Source of the DNA: an uncultured Acidobacteriota bacterium
GTDB lineage: Bacteria; Acidobacteriota; Thermoanaerobaculia; Gp7-AA8
NCBI GenBank assembly: GCA_963741955.1
Contig: CAVUKB010000007.1
Location: 448,001-512,000, forward strand
Reading direction: 5' to 3'
DNA length: 64,000 nucleotides
Positions 48,618 to 62,645 of the stretch are shown in pieces (the first letter of the stretch is position 1; each line of letters opens with the position of its first letter). The notes beneath the pieces are model-generated. The model worked only from the letters and a program-made list of their open reading frames with translations, searched no databases and was not told where the DNA came from. The translations under genes and the position numbers were made by a program.

Positions 48618-49430
48618 AGCGGGCGTTTCTTCGGTCGTGATGGTGTGCGCGAGATCCGCGGGGTCGACGGGCGACTTCGGCTCACCTGCAGCCGGTTTTC
48701 TCCCGGTGACGATCCGGAATGGAGGAAACATGCGGAAGAGGAGGCGCGTGCGGGCGACGTCGATCCAGCCGAGACTCTCCAGCAGCCGGGTGTAGTCGCG
48801 GGTATGGGCGATGTCGAGAAGCACCAGCCGGCCGCCCGGTTTCAGAACGCGCGCGATCTCACGAATTGCTTCGTCACGTCCGGAGAGGTCCGGAATGTTG
48901 TGGATTGCGAGGCTGGAGAGGACCAGATCCGCCGAGCCGTCGATGAACGGAAGGCTGCGCATGTCGGCGGTGGTCAGGTCGATCCGTTCGGAAGTGGCTT
49001 CGGCGTGCGCGTTGGAGCGGACGGCAGAAGGAGAATTGCCGGACTGATCGCGGCTCTGCCAGAGATCGACTCCGATCGCTCGGCCGCCGAGAATGTGTCG
49101 CGCCGCTCCGACCAGGAGAAGCCCCCGTCCGCAGCCGACGTCGAGGACGATCTCATCGCCTAGCAGCTCCAGCGAGTCGATCAGGCGCTCACGCTCCCGC
49201 AGCTTTCCGATCCGGCTGCTGAGCACCATCAGGAAAGCGGAGAAGAGCATCGATGCACCTGGATAGAACGTCCATCCGAAAATTACGGCGCCGGCGACCG
49301 GATGGAGCGGCAGGACGACGTGATGTGCGACGGCCGCGATGACCACTCCCGCGAGTCCGCACAATGCGAGATTCCGCACCACGGGCGGAGCGTCGACGCC
49401 GTAGTCGGCGCGGATGTCGGATCGAATCAT
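48609..49430 (-). CDS. Class I SAM-dependent methyltransferase with N-terminal TM segments
   Basis: YGVDAP, VLDVGCGRG, SSLAIHN, RVLKPGG. Confidence 0.88.
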   Translation of the reverse strand: MIRSDIRADYGVDAPPVVRNLALCGLAGVVIAAVAHHVVLPLHPVAGAVIFGWTFYPGASMLFSAFLMVLSSRIGKLRERERLIDSLELLGDEIVLDVGCGRGLLLVGAARHILGGRAIGVDLWQSRDQSGNSPSAVRSNAHAEATSERIDLTTADMRSLPFIDGSADLVLSSLAIHNIPDLSGRDEAIREIARVLKPGGRLVLLDIAHTRDYTRLLESLGWIDVARTRLLFRMFPPFRIVTGRKPAAGEPKSPVDPADLAHTITTEETPASV

Positions 49431-49502
49431 CGGCCGAACTGATTATCGCGGATCTCGAGGCCGCTGTCTCGCCGCAGCCGGCTGGTCGCAGCAACGGCTG
49501 AG

Positions 49503-51248
<1,746 letters not shown>

Positions 51249-51271
51249 TCACAATTGAGAGGAGGCAGTCC

Positions 51272-51868
51272 ATGAAGCGAAGCTTCGTTCCGGGAATTGT
51301 TCTGTTCCTGTCCCTTGCGGGAGCGCTCCACGCCGCGTCGGGGATCGATCAGGAGCAGGTCACGGTGGACCTCTCGGTCGGCGGTGTCGCAGTCGGAGGA
51401 GGGAGTGCCGAGAAGCTCGCCCAGGTGTTCACCGCGGCGACGACGGGATGTCTGACTCACGTGACGATTCCGATCGGGTGCGATCCTTCGGAGACGTTGG
51501 TGGTGGAGATCCAGGCGACGACGGCGGGAGTACCCAACGGTACCGTCCTCGCGAGCGAGACGCTGCCGGGCTCTCTGTTTCCTTCGATCTCGCCGAGCTC
51601 GCTTCAGGGAGGATTCCGGATCATCGGATTTACACGTCCTGCGCCGGTGACTGCGGGAACCGAATACGCAATCGTCCTCCTCGGTGGTCCTGCGGGCTGC
51701 GGGGTCTTCCAGGGGCCGGCGGGCGATCCCTATGCCGGCGGGCACGGCTGGTTCGACGCCCGGCCGAATCCTCCGGGCTGGATCCAGTTCTTCTCGGGGC
51801 GGGACGACCTGCCGTTCCAGACCTTCGTCGAGACGGGAATCCGAGGCAAGTGTAAGAAGTGCAGATGA
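51272..51868 (+). CDS. Secreted hypothetical protein (beta-sandwich-like)
   Basis: AGGAGG RBS; signal peptide ALHA; DQEQ...AQVFT...AGTEYAIVL...DLPFQTFV. Confidence 0.8.
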   Translation: MKRSFVPGIVLFLSLAGALHAASGIDQEQVTVDLSVGGVAVGGGSAEKLAQVFTAATTGCLTHVTIPIGCDPSETLVVEIQATTAGVPNGTVLASETLPGSLFPSISPSSLQGGFRIIGFTRPAPVTAGTEYAIVLLGGPAGCGVFQGPAGDPYAGGHGWFDARPNPPGWIQFFSGRDDLPFQTFVETGIRGKCKKCR

Positions 51869-51934
51869 GCACGGAACGATGAAATCGGGAGCGGTCAGCC
51901 CTTGCCTGACCGCTCCCGTTTCAGGCGGCGGGAA

Positions 51935-52732
51935 TCAGCGTCGTTGGTTCAGAAGCCATTTCCACAGATCCGCGTTGCCGTACGCCGGGTCCCACGCGTT
52001 GTGGCCGGTGCCCGGAAGCTCCGTGTAACGGACATCCGCGCCGGCCGCCTTCAGCGCCGCGTCCATGTGGCGCGCCTCCTCGACCGGAATGACCGGATCG
52101 TCCGCACCGTGGAAGATCCAGGTGGGGATCTCGCGAATTCTCGCCGCGACGAGCGCGTACGGATCGGTCGAGCCGGCTGTCGCGGGAAGTTGCACCACGG
52201 TGCTCGCGCTCGAGTGTCCGAGGATCCCTCCGCAGATCGGGACGAGCGCGGCGAAGCGGTCGGGATGTTCGTACGCGAGCGCGTATGCGCCGTAGCCGCC
52301 GATGGAGAGGCCGGTGAGGATGACCCGGCGCGGGTCGCCGTGGAATTCGGCGATCGATCGGTCGAGAGCGGTGAGTGCCGCCTCGAGCGGCTCACCGAGC
52401 CAGCGCTCGCCCGCCGGCGCCTGCGGCATCACCACGATCATCGGGACGCGCTCGCGGTCCCACCGGATCGAGCTTCCGATCCCGACCGCAGTCTGCCTCA
52501 GCCCGTCGTTTCCGCGCTCGCCGGAGCCGTGCAGAAACAGCACGACCGGCCACTCCTTCTCCGGCGTGTATCGCGGCGGAACGTAGACGACGTACGGATA
52601 CGTCGTTCCGCCGCGAGTGACGGTGCGGTCGAGAAATCCGGTCTCCTGGTGCGAAGTCATCGTCGTCGAAGCGCAGGCCGTGAACAGGAGTGACGCCACG
52701 ACGAGCGCGAGTCTCATCATCATTCTGCGCAT
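51935..52732 (-). CDS. Alpha/beta-hydrolase (predicted peptidase/esterase) lipoprotein
   Basis: FTAC lipobox; FLHGSGERG, GLSIGG nucleophile elbow, FHGADDPV, GHNAW. Confidence 0.88.
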   Translation of the reverse strand: MRRMMMRLALVVASLLFTACASTTMTSHQETGFLDRTVTRGGTTYPYVVYVPPRYTPEKEWPVVLFLHGSGERGNDGLRQTAVGIGSSIRWDRERVPMIVVMPQAPAGERWLGEPLEAALTALDRSIAEFHGDPRRVILTGLSIGGYGAYALAYEHPDRFAALVPICGGILGHSSASTVVQLPATAGSTDPYALVAARIREIPTWIFHGADDPVIPVEEARHMDAALKAAGADVRYTELPGTGHNAWDPAYGNADLWKWLLNQRR

Positions 52733-52797
52733 CCCTGAATGTTAGCGCAGTATGTGCCCCGCCGGCCGACGCGCCATCGACGCCGATGCGGGCGTCC

Positions 52798-53565
52798 TCA
52801 TTCGCTTCGCCGGAGGAGCGTGAGTGCGAAAAGCGCCGAGGCCACGCCGATGGTGGTCGGTCCCAGCGAGAGATGCCACCACCGTGCGATGCCGAAGCCG
52901 AGAGCGACGGAGAGCATGCTCGCCGCGGAGGAAAAGATCAGGAAGCGATCGAGAGTCCTGGCGAGATTCCGGCCGGTCGCCGCGGGGACGATGATCATCG
53001 CTCCGACCAGAAGTGCTCCGAGAAACTGCAGGCCGATCAGAATGGTCAGACCGAACGCCGCCAGATAGAGAAGCTCGGTCCGGTTCACGTCGATCCCGAG
53101 CGAGCGGGCGAGGTCGGGCGAAAAGAGCTCCAGGATCAGGGAGTGACGCAGCGCGTAGATCGTTCCCGCAATCGCGACGCAGCCGGCGATTCCGAGCGTG
53201 AATCCGACCCATCCGACTTCACCGAATCCGCCGAAGAGTGCTTCGATCAGATCCTCTCTCGGAGTGAGCAGCGTTCCGACCGCCAGAGCGGCGACGAAGA
53301 TCACGCCGATGGAGGTCTCGGTCGCCAGTCCGCTCCGCCGCTCCAGCTGCTGAATCAGAACGATCCCCACTGCCAGGCTCGCGGCCGCACCGATGAGCGG
53401 GTTGATCTTCCAGAGAAACGCGAGACCCAGCCCCGGAAGCGCGAGATGGGAGATCACATCGCCGGCGAGCGTCATCCGCTTCATCAGGGCGAAGCTGCCG
53501 ACCAGACCGGCCACCAGCGCAGTGGCCAGCGCGAGAACGAGCGAAAGAGTGTCTGGAGTGCTCAT
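52798..53565 (-). CDS. Zn/Mn ABC transporter permease (ZnuB-like)
   Basis: GDVISHLALPG, LFSPDLARSLG, GALLVGAMIIVPAATG. Confidence 0.88.
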   Translation of the reverse strand: MSTPDTLSLVLALATALVAGLVGSFALMKRMTLAGDVISHLALPGLGLAFLWKINPLIGAAASLAVGIVLIQQLERRSGLATETSIGVIFVAALAVGTLLTPREDLIEALFGGFGEVGWVGFTLGIAGCVAIAGTIYALRHSLILELFSPDLARSLGIDVNRTELLYLAAFGLTILIGLQFLGALLVGAMIIVPAATGRNLARTLDRFLIFSSAASMLSVALGFGIARWWHLSLGPTTIGVASALFALTLLRRSE

Positions 53566-54254
53566 GTCCGGTGGAGGTGGTCGTGAACCATCTTTGCTCC
53601 GAAGAGCTCTTCCAGAGTCTCCGGGGTCAGGTCTTTCGGAGGGCCGAAGCAGGTTCCGGTGCGATTCAGGCAGAGGACTTTCGTCGCGTATCGATAGACG
53701 AAAGAAAGGTCGTGAGAGACGACGATCACGCTCAGTCCATGCTCGTTCTGCAGGCGGTGAAGGAGCTCGTACAGCTGCTCCTCCCCCGGTTCGTCGAGCG
53801 ACGCCGCCGGTTCGTCGAACAGAACCACCTCGGGGTCTCCGAGAAGGGCGAATGCGATCAGGGCGCGCTGGAACTGACCTCCGGAGAGCTTCCCGATCTG
53901 GGTCGAGAGGACGTTCTCGCTGAGACCGACGTGAGAGATCACGTGCTCGATCGCCGCCCGACCATTGCCGGTGATGCTCGCTTTCGAATCCAGGAGATTC
54001 CGGACGTTCAGGGGGACGCTCCGGTCCGCGTCGATCTTCTGCGGGACCCAGGCGGGCCGGCCCACGCCGCTCCAGCGGACCTCGCCGCGGTATGGAAGGA
54101 GGCCGAGAAGACACTTGAGGAGTACGGTCTTCCCCGCGCCGTTCGGTCCGATGATCGCCAGACTGTCGCTTCTCTCCATCGAGAAGCTCACGTCTTCGAG
54201 AATCGTCCGGCCGTCGAGCGAGACCGACACGTTCCGGACCTCGAGAATGGGCAT
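53562..54254 (-). CDS. Zn/Mn ABC transporter ATP-binding protein (ZnuC-like)
   Basis: GPNGAGKT, LSGGQFQR, VSHDL, VLCLN, His-rich end. Confidence 0.9.
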   Translation of the reverse strand: MPILEVRNVSVSLDGRTILEDVSFSMERSDSLAIIGPNGAGKTVLLKCLLGLLPYRGEVRWSGVGRPAWVPQKIDADRSVPLNVRNLLDSKASITGNGRAAIEHVISHVGLSENVLSTQIGKLSGGQFQRALIAFALLGDPEVVLFDEPAASLDEPGEEQLYELLHRLQNEHGLSVIVVSHDLSFVYRYATKVLCLNRTGTCFGPPKDLTPETLEELFGAKMVHDHLHRT

Positions 54255-54297
54255 GCGTCCTCCGCCGGCATTCTAGCCCGGATTATGAGCGGGCTAG

Positions 54298-54456
54298 GAG
54301 TCTGCGCGGTAGAAACGTCCGTAGCGATAAAGCGGATCAACGGTCCAAATCCGCCCGGATTTTCGGCGAGTAGCCACCGCTACGCACCTCAAATCCGAAC
54401 GAATTTAGCCTCGCTGCTCCGCTTTATCGCTACGGACGTTTCTACCGCGCAGACTC
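54298..54456. mobile_element. 159-bp MITE-like element, copy 2
   Basis: Long terminal inverted repeats; flanked by a CTAG direct repeat. Confidence 0.88.
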
Positions 54457-54620
54457 CTAGGGAGAAGAGGGAAGGGTGAAGAGAACATGTTCCGTCGATG
54501 CCTTTCCTTTTCTCGGTGCTGCCGAGCTCACTTTCGCTCACCGCTCACCGCTCACCGCTCACCACTCATTCCCTGCCGCTCCCACCTGCGGTATCCTTTT
54601 CCCTTCCGGAGGAGCGCATC

Positions 54621-55766
54621 ATGCCTGAGACGAAACACGTGACCCCGCGTCGCGGGGATGTACTGCTGCTGGTCGGTACCATGAAGGGAGCCTTCGTTCT
54701 CCGATCGAACGGGGAACGGGAGAAGTGGAGCGTCGGAGGACCGTATTTCCCGGGGAGCACGGTCTACTCGATGGCCTACGACTCGAGAGCGGGACGGAAG
54801 CGGATCTGGGCCGGGACGATGAGCTGGCATTGGGGACCGGTCCTCCAGTCGAGTGATGACTTCGGGAAAAGCTGGAGCGAGCCGGGCGAGTCGAAGGTGA
54901 AGTTCCCGAAAAAGACGGGAACGGCACTGAAGAACATCTGGCAGATCCTCCCCGGCGACGACGACGAACCCGATACGATCTACTGCGGCGTCGAGCCTGC
55001 GGCGCTTTTCGTTTCGCGCGACGCCGGAGAGAGCTGGAAGCTGGTGGAAGGTCTCTGGAACCATCCGCAGCGCGAGAAGTGGCAGCCCGGTGCGGGAGGG
55101 CTCTGTCTCCATACCATTCTTCCCGATCCCGAGAACCGGAAGAGGATGCGCATCGCAATCTCTGCGGCCGGTATGTACGTGACCGACGACGGAGGGAAGA
55201 GCTGGCGCCCCTCGAACAAAGGGGTCCGCGCCGAGTTCCTTCCCGACAAGTACCCCGAGTTCGGCCAGTGCGTGCACAAAGTCGTTCAGTCCAGGCAACA
55301 CCCGGAGAGGTTGTACCTGCAAAACCATTGGGGTCTCTACCGGAGCGACGATCGGGGAGAGAGCTGGAAGGATGTGGCGAATGGAGTGCCTTCGGATTTC
55401 GGCTTCGCGATGGCGGTCCACCCGCAGGATCCAGACCGCGCCTGGATCGTGCCGCTCGAGTCCGACGGGTTCCGCTGCACGCCGGAGGGAAAGCTGCGGG
55501 TCTACCGCACCAGCGACGGCGGAGGAAAGTGGGACGCGATGTCGCGAGGTCTCCCGCAGAAGGGAGCGTACGAGACGGTGCTGCGCGATGCGATGTCGGT
55601 CGATGCGCTCGATCCCGTCGGCGTCTACTTCGGGACACGCAGCGGCAAACTGTTCGGCTCCGCGGACGAAGGGAAAAACTGGTCGGAGATCGCGGACGGA
55701 CTCCCGCCGGTGGTCTTCGTACGAGCGGCGGAGGTCTCTTCCTCGCGGCGCGGAAAGGGGGCGTGA
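54621..55766 (+). CDS. BNR/Asp-box beta-propeller protein (sialidase/WD40-like), no signal peptide
   Basis: Repeated S-x-D-x-G-x-S-W boxes; LLVGTMKG, GQCVHK, LQNHWGLYRS, PSDFGF. Confidence 0.88.
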   Translation: MPETKHVTPRRGDVLLLVGTMKGAFVLRSNGEREKWSVGGPYFPGSTVYSMAYDSRAGRKRIWAGTMSWHWGPVLQSSDDFGKSWSEPGESKVKFPKKTGTALKNIWQILPGDDDEPDTIYCGVEPAALFVSRDAGESWKLVEGLWNHPQREKWQPGAGGLCLHTILPDPENRKRMRIAISAAGMYVTDDGGKSWRPSNKGVRAEFLPDKYPEFGQCVHKVVQSRQHPERLYLQNHWGLYRSDDRGESWKDVANGVPSDFGFAMAVHPQDPDRAWIVPLESDGFRCTPEGKLRVYRTSDGGGKWDAMSRGLPQKGAYETVLRDAMSVDALDPVGVYFGTRSGKLFGSADEGKNWSEIADGLPPVVFVRAAEVSSSRRGKGA

Positions 55767-56047
55767 TGTCGCTCCTGTTCGTTCTCCCGGGAGCGCTGCA
55801 GCCGCTCGCGGGAGAGCGCGCCGAGATCCGGCTCGACGGGAATGCCGCATCGGTCGGAGCTGCGCTTGATCTCCTCTGGTCGGAGACGCCAGCCGTTCGC
55901 GATCGGGTGGTGGACGAGCTCGGACACGTGCGGGCTCACGTGAACGTTTTCGTCGATGGAGAGAACGTCCGCGACACGGGAGGTCTCTCGACGCCGGTTC
56001 GCGACGGAGCGGAGATCCTGATCCTTGCGGCAGTGAGCGGCGGCTGA
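55766..56047 (+). CDS. MoaD/ThiS family ubiquitin-like protein
   Basis: 93 aa; HVNVFVDGENV; ends ILAAVSGG; TGATG coupling to the propeller gene. Confidence 0.9.
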   Translation: MSLLFVLPGALQPLAGERAEIRLDGNAASVGAALDLLWSETPAVRDRVVDELGHVRAHVNVFVDGENVRDTGGLSTPVRDGAEILILAAVSGG

Positions 56048-56101
56048 GGCCGGCCGTTGCGGCCGTTCGCGCCAGGAGAAGCGCGAACGGCCGCGGCCAG
56101 A

Positions 56102-59100
56102 TCACGGAACCGAGGCTACCGTCACCGGGATGCAGGTGACGTTGTTCGATTCATCGCTCTCTGCGACCGCCTCACCGGGGTCGATGCGGGCGCAGAGGTA
56201 TTGTGGTCCGATCGGTGCCTGAAGCGGAATGATGCCTCCGACGTCGCTGGAGATGGGAGCGGGGGCGGGAAGATCCACGGATGCACCAGCGCCGACATCC
56301 GGAGTCCGGCTGATGCGGCCGCCCTGAAGCAGACCGTCCTCCCCATAGGCGACTCCTTCGGGCAGCGGCAGGGTCGCGAATCCGGTGGGCATCGACGCGT
56401 CGGATGAGAGCACGAGGTCGATCATGTACCCCTCTCCGGCGGGCCTGGGGGTGCCATCATTCATGATCGTTCCCGGGGCTCCTGCGGATCCGATGTTGGA
56501 GACCACGACTTTCATCATTCCCGAGAGATCCTGGCCGGGCATCACCGTCGTGCCGGTGAGCTCGATCGCCCGTACCACCAGGTCCGGAGCGCCGCCCCCG
56601 GTGAGAAATACGCTGACGGCGTTCTCCTTGCTGGCCGAAAGGAGAATCGGCAGGTCGGGGTCGGGTGGTACGAAGAACGGGACGTGAACGCTTCCGTCAC
56701 CCATGACCAGGCCCCGCCCCACGGGCACCAGAGCGTCCTTCCCCATCTGCCACGCGGTCAGCGTGGCGCCAGGCGCGGCGTATTGGAGGTCGAGTCCCGA
56801 GTCACCGAGCAGCAGTTGGTAGGAGAGCGGAAGCACGAAGTGGTACGGATTGCCCGTCCAGATCTCCGCGGTCGGATCGCCGAACGCGTGCCACATCACC
56901 CACTCTCCCAGCAGTTCGTCGAGCCTGATCGAGCCTGCCGGCTGTGCCACGCCGTACTGCGAGAGGAGGTATATCTTGCCGTGGATCAGGATGTCGCCCA
57001 GCCGGTGCTTTGCGCTGGTGCCTCCGAAAGAAACCGTTTCGGGAAAGACCGCATCGAAGAAGCCGCGTGAGAGCGCGCTGTTCTCCCAGCTCGGGCTGTT
57101 GCGGTTGTCGCCGAGTCCGGCGACGATTCCGCCGCCGGGGAGCATCAGGAGTCGTTCCATGAACGACTCGGTCGGCGATCCGGTGTCCGTTTCGCGATCC
57201 CAGTAACCGCTCGCACAGTTGACGGAAAACATGAACGGAAGAAGCTCCCCGTTGGTCAGACTTCCGAAGTTGGCGGTGGTGAACGCGGGACTGACCCAGC
57301 CGCTCGACCCTCCGTGGTCGCGGTGAAACACGAGGAAGCGGCCGTCGTTGATCGCGTTCACCACGTCTGCGGCGGTGCCGTTCCAACCGAATCCGCTGCC
57401 GGGCGCGAGATCGGCGGGAAGGGAAGCTCCGTCGTAGTACCTGCGAGGGGTCGGATCGGTGACCGTCGCGGCGGCGTAGTCGGTGTCGGTGGTATAGATC
57501 CGGTCGACCGAATATCCGCGCGCCATCATCACGTCTCGCGCCAGCTCGGAAGTGATGACGAAGCTCCGCATGGTACGGCCGGCCTGAGTCACGTTCGTGC
57601 GGCAGCACTGGAAATACGAAGCGTTGGTCGTGCTCGTGTAGAAAGGCGCACCGCCGCCGAATCCGAGGAACGGCGGATGCGACTCGTACTGAATGGTCTT
57701 GTCCACGACCGTCTGTGCTTCCGAAGCCGTGTCGACCGGAATCCGCCCTACCGCGAACCAGGGAAGATTATTGAAAAACGTCCTGGAGTATGTGGAGTAT
57801 CCCCAGTCCGAACCGTTGGTGGAATCGCCGCTGGTGGAGTAATCGAGTTTCGCCGGAGGAACGAATTCCGAATCGCCGACGATCAGGACGTATGAAGGTC
57901 GTACGATACAGTTCTGATACCGGTTCTCGATGAAGTCGTCGATCTCTGCCGCGGTCGCCCGCGGAGTCCCGCTTCCGACCTCGTAGACGCTGGTCATGAT
58001 CCCCTTATCGCGTTTCCACTCCGCGAGATCGTCGGCGGCATCGCGGAAATCGGGATGAGTCAGGATGAGCAGTTCCTCACCGAAGCAGGGAAGCAGATGG
58101 AAGTCGATCACTTTGACGTAGCTTCCGACTGCGGGGGCATTGACGACTTCCTGGATCGAGGAAGACGACGCCGGCTCGAAGGGACTCAGGGTCTGGTTGG
58201 TGACGAACGTACCGTCACCGCCGTCGAACTGCACGTCGAACTGGATGGAGTCGAACAGAATCATCTGATCGCTCACCGGATCGTATTGCCCGGCTTCACA
58301 TTCGATCTGAGCGATGTCGAGGTCTCGAATTTCCCCGAGGAGCTTCACCGCACAGGGGCTGGGTGGGTAGAAGCCGGGGGTGGAGTAAACCTCCTCGCTT
58401 TTCACGAACGGTGGATTCATGAATGTCGAGGGAGGCGGAAGGGGTTCATTTTCGAATCGGGGGTCGGTCTGATCGACCGGCTGATTCTGATAGGGATACA
58501 GATTCAGCATGAGCTGCTCACTGGTGGACTTCTGAACGGCGGGAAGCGAGACCGCGGCGCCTCGAGGAACGCCGATGATGGCCTGCCAGGACGGGACCGC
58601 GGGAAACCCCGGGGCGCCGACGAGGTTGTCCACTCCGGGGAGCGACATCTGCGTCCAGGTCTCTCCGCCTTCCTGGACCGTCCAGAACCGCGGGGCACCG
58701 AACGCGACGCGCGCCGAGAAGTGATGGTTGTCCGACTCGAGCACTTGCAGTTCCGGAGAGCGATCGAGCGAGGAGTCGGCACAGGGAGACGGCGGCACCT
58801 CGGAGCGGACGATCTCGTCTCTCAATTGCCTGCCGCGGTTGTAGAGTTCTTCGGCGACGGCGATTGAGCGGGCGCGCCGGAGGGCCTGCGCCTGGTTCAT
58901 GGATGCCTGCAGGACGTTCGCTGCAGTGCAGACCTGGCCCCGCTCGTATGCGTCGAGAGCGTTCCGGACTCGACTGAGGAACGCGTTCTTCACTCCCTTA
59001 TTCAGCTGGTCCGCAGGAATTGCACCAATGAAGTCGAGCAGTTCATCGAATGACGCGACGATGCCCGGCTCCGGGGGATGAGTCGTGACCCTCGCCGTCG

Positions 59101-59185
59101 CGGGTGGTATCGATGCGGTGATGCACAGGATTGCAGCTAGAGCCGATGGGAAAATCCGACAGAGTGCCTTCACGATCAGTTTCAT
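56102..59185 (-). CDS. C25 (gingipain-like) cysteine peptidase with propeptide and a C-terminal CARDB-like domain
   Basis: Signal peptide; LAEWKRDKG, YVLIVGD, VGRIP, HRDHGG (His), SVNCASG (Cys), FGDP; PDLVV...ESDESNN. Confidence 0.88.
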   Translation of the reverse strand: MKLIVKALCRIFPSALAAILCITASIPPATARVTTHPPEPGIVASFDELLDFIGAIPADQLNKGVKNAFLSRVRNALDAYERGQVCTAANVLQASMNQAQALRRARSIAVAEELYNRGRQLRDEIVRSEVPPSPCADSSLDRSPELQVLESDNHHFSARVAFGAPRFWTVQEGGETWTQMSLPGVDNLVGAPGFPAVPSWQAIIGVPRGAAVSLPAVQKSTSEQLMLNLYPYQNQPVDQTDPRFENEPLPPPSTFMNPPFVKSEEVYSTPGFYPPSPCAVKLLGEIRDLDIAQIECEAGQYDPVSDQMILFDSIQFDVQFDGGDGTFVTNQTLSPFEPASSSSIQEVVNAPAVGSYVKVIDFHLLPCFGEELLILTHPDFRDAADDLAEWKRDKGIMTSVYEVGSGTPRATAAEIDDFIENRYQNCIVRPSYVLIVGDSEFVPPAKLDYSTSGDSTNGSDWGYSTYSRTFFNNLPWFAVGRIPVDTASEAQTVVDKTIQYESHPPFLGFGGGAPFYTSTTNASYFQCCRTNVTQAGRTMRSFVITSELARDVMMARGYSVDRIYTTDTDYAAATVTDPTPRRYYDGASLPADLAPGSGFGWNGTAADVVNAINDGRFLVFHRDHGGSSGWVSPAFTTANFGSLTNGELLPFMFSVNCASGYWDRETDTGSPTESFMERLLMLPGGGIVAGLGDNRNSPSWENSALSRGFFDAVFPETVSFGGTSAKHRLGDILIHGKIYLLSQYGVAQPAGSIRLDELLGEWVMWHAFGDPTAEIWTGNPYHFVLPLSYQLLLGDSGLDLQYAAPGATLTAWQMGKDALVPVGRGLVMGDGSVHVPFFVPPDPDLPILLSASKENAVSVFLTGGGAPDLVVRAIELTGTTVMPGQDLSGMMKVVVSNIGSAGAPGTIMNDGTPRPAGEGYMIDLVLSSDASMPTGFATLPLPEGVAYGEDGLLQGGRISRTPDVGAGASVDLPAPAPISSDVGGIIPLQAPIGPQYLCARIDPGEAVAESDESNNVTCIPVTVASVP

Positions 59186-59443
59186 GAGTCTTCCTCCTTC
59201 CACATAGAAAGACAGACGGACTCCTGGCGGGCTACGCCGGCCCGCTCGGAGTCGATCGAGTTGTAGGGAATGCCTCACATATTGGGTCGCGAGGCGGGAG
59301 AATGCAACCCCGCGAAGGCGCTTTCGATCGTCTATAGACACCGCGATTCAGGGTCCGCAAAGCATTACTGCCCATAGTGGAGAGAGTTAGAATGGTTCTG
59401 CTCGCATTGCGATGTTTTTCCTGGAGCGGAGTATCCTCACTCT

Positions 59444-61960
<2,517 letters not shown>

Positions 61961-61994
61961 GGGGATCGACGGTTCCTTCGCCGCCCCCGCAAGT

Positions 61995-62645
61995 CGGGAG
62001 GATCGTCGTAGCTTGCCGGAAGCAGGGCGGGGCGGGACCCCGCCCTGCATCGGGCGAGGACGCCCAACCCACATGCCCCGCCCTGCATCGGGCGAGGACG
62101 CCCAACCCACATGCCCCGCCCTGCATCGGGCGGGACGCCCAACCCACTAGGTGGGTCGGGCAAAGTGGGTCGCGCATCGTGCGCGAGGCTCGCCGGCGTC
62201 GCGCCGGCGAGCGATGGCGTCAACGGAACGCGTGTCGTTCCTCTCGCGCGGCGGTAGGTTCGAGTCTCTCTGCTCGGGAGGATCGTCGTGATTTGCCGGG
62301 AACAGGGCGGGGCGGGACCCCGGCCTGCATCGGGCGAGGACGCCCAACCCACATGCCCCGCCCTGCATCGGGCGGGACGCCCAACCCACTAGGTGGGTCG
62401 GGCAAAGTGGGTCGCGCATCGTGCGCGAGGCTCGCCGGCGTCGCGCCGGCGAGCGATGGCGTCAACGGAACGCGTGTCGTTCCTCTCGCGCGGCGGTAGG
62501 TTCGAGTCTCTCTGCTCGGGAGGATCGTCGTGATTTGCGCGGGAGCAGCGTGGCGCGGGACGCCACGCTGCATCGGGCGGGGACGCCCAACCCACTACCG
62601 CCCAACCCACTACCGCCCAACCCACTACCGCCCAACCCACTACTA
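61995..62645. repeat. Nested composite repeat: ~240-280-bp units containing REP-like GCATCGGGCGAGGACGCCCAACCCAC, ending in 15-mers (CCCAACCCACTACCG)n
   Basis: Units start near 61995, 62275 and 62517 (partial); lies between convergent genes. Confidence 0.88.

Noticed and set aside
62250-62280. tRNA (GGTTCGAGTC T-loop-like motif, repeated near 62499)
   Set aside because: No T-stem pairing or cloverleaf; part of the tandem repeat unit
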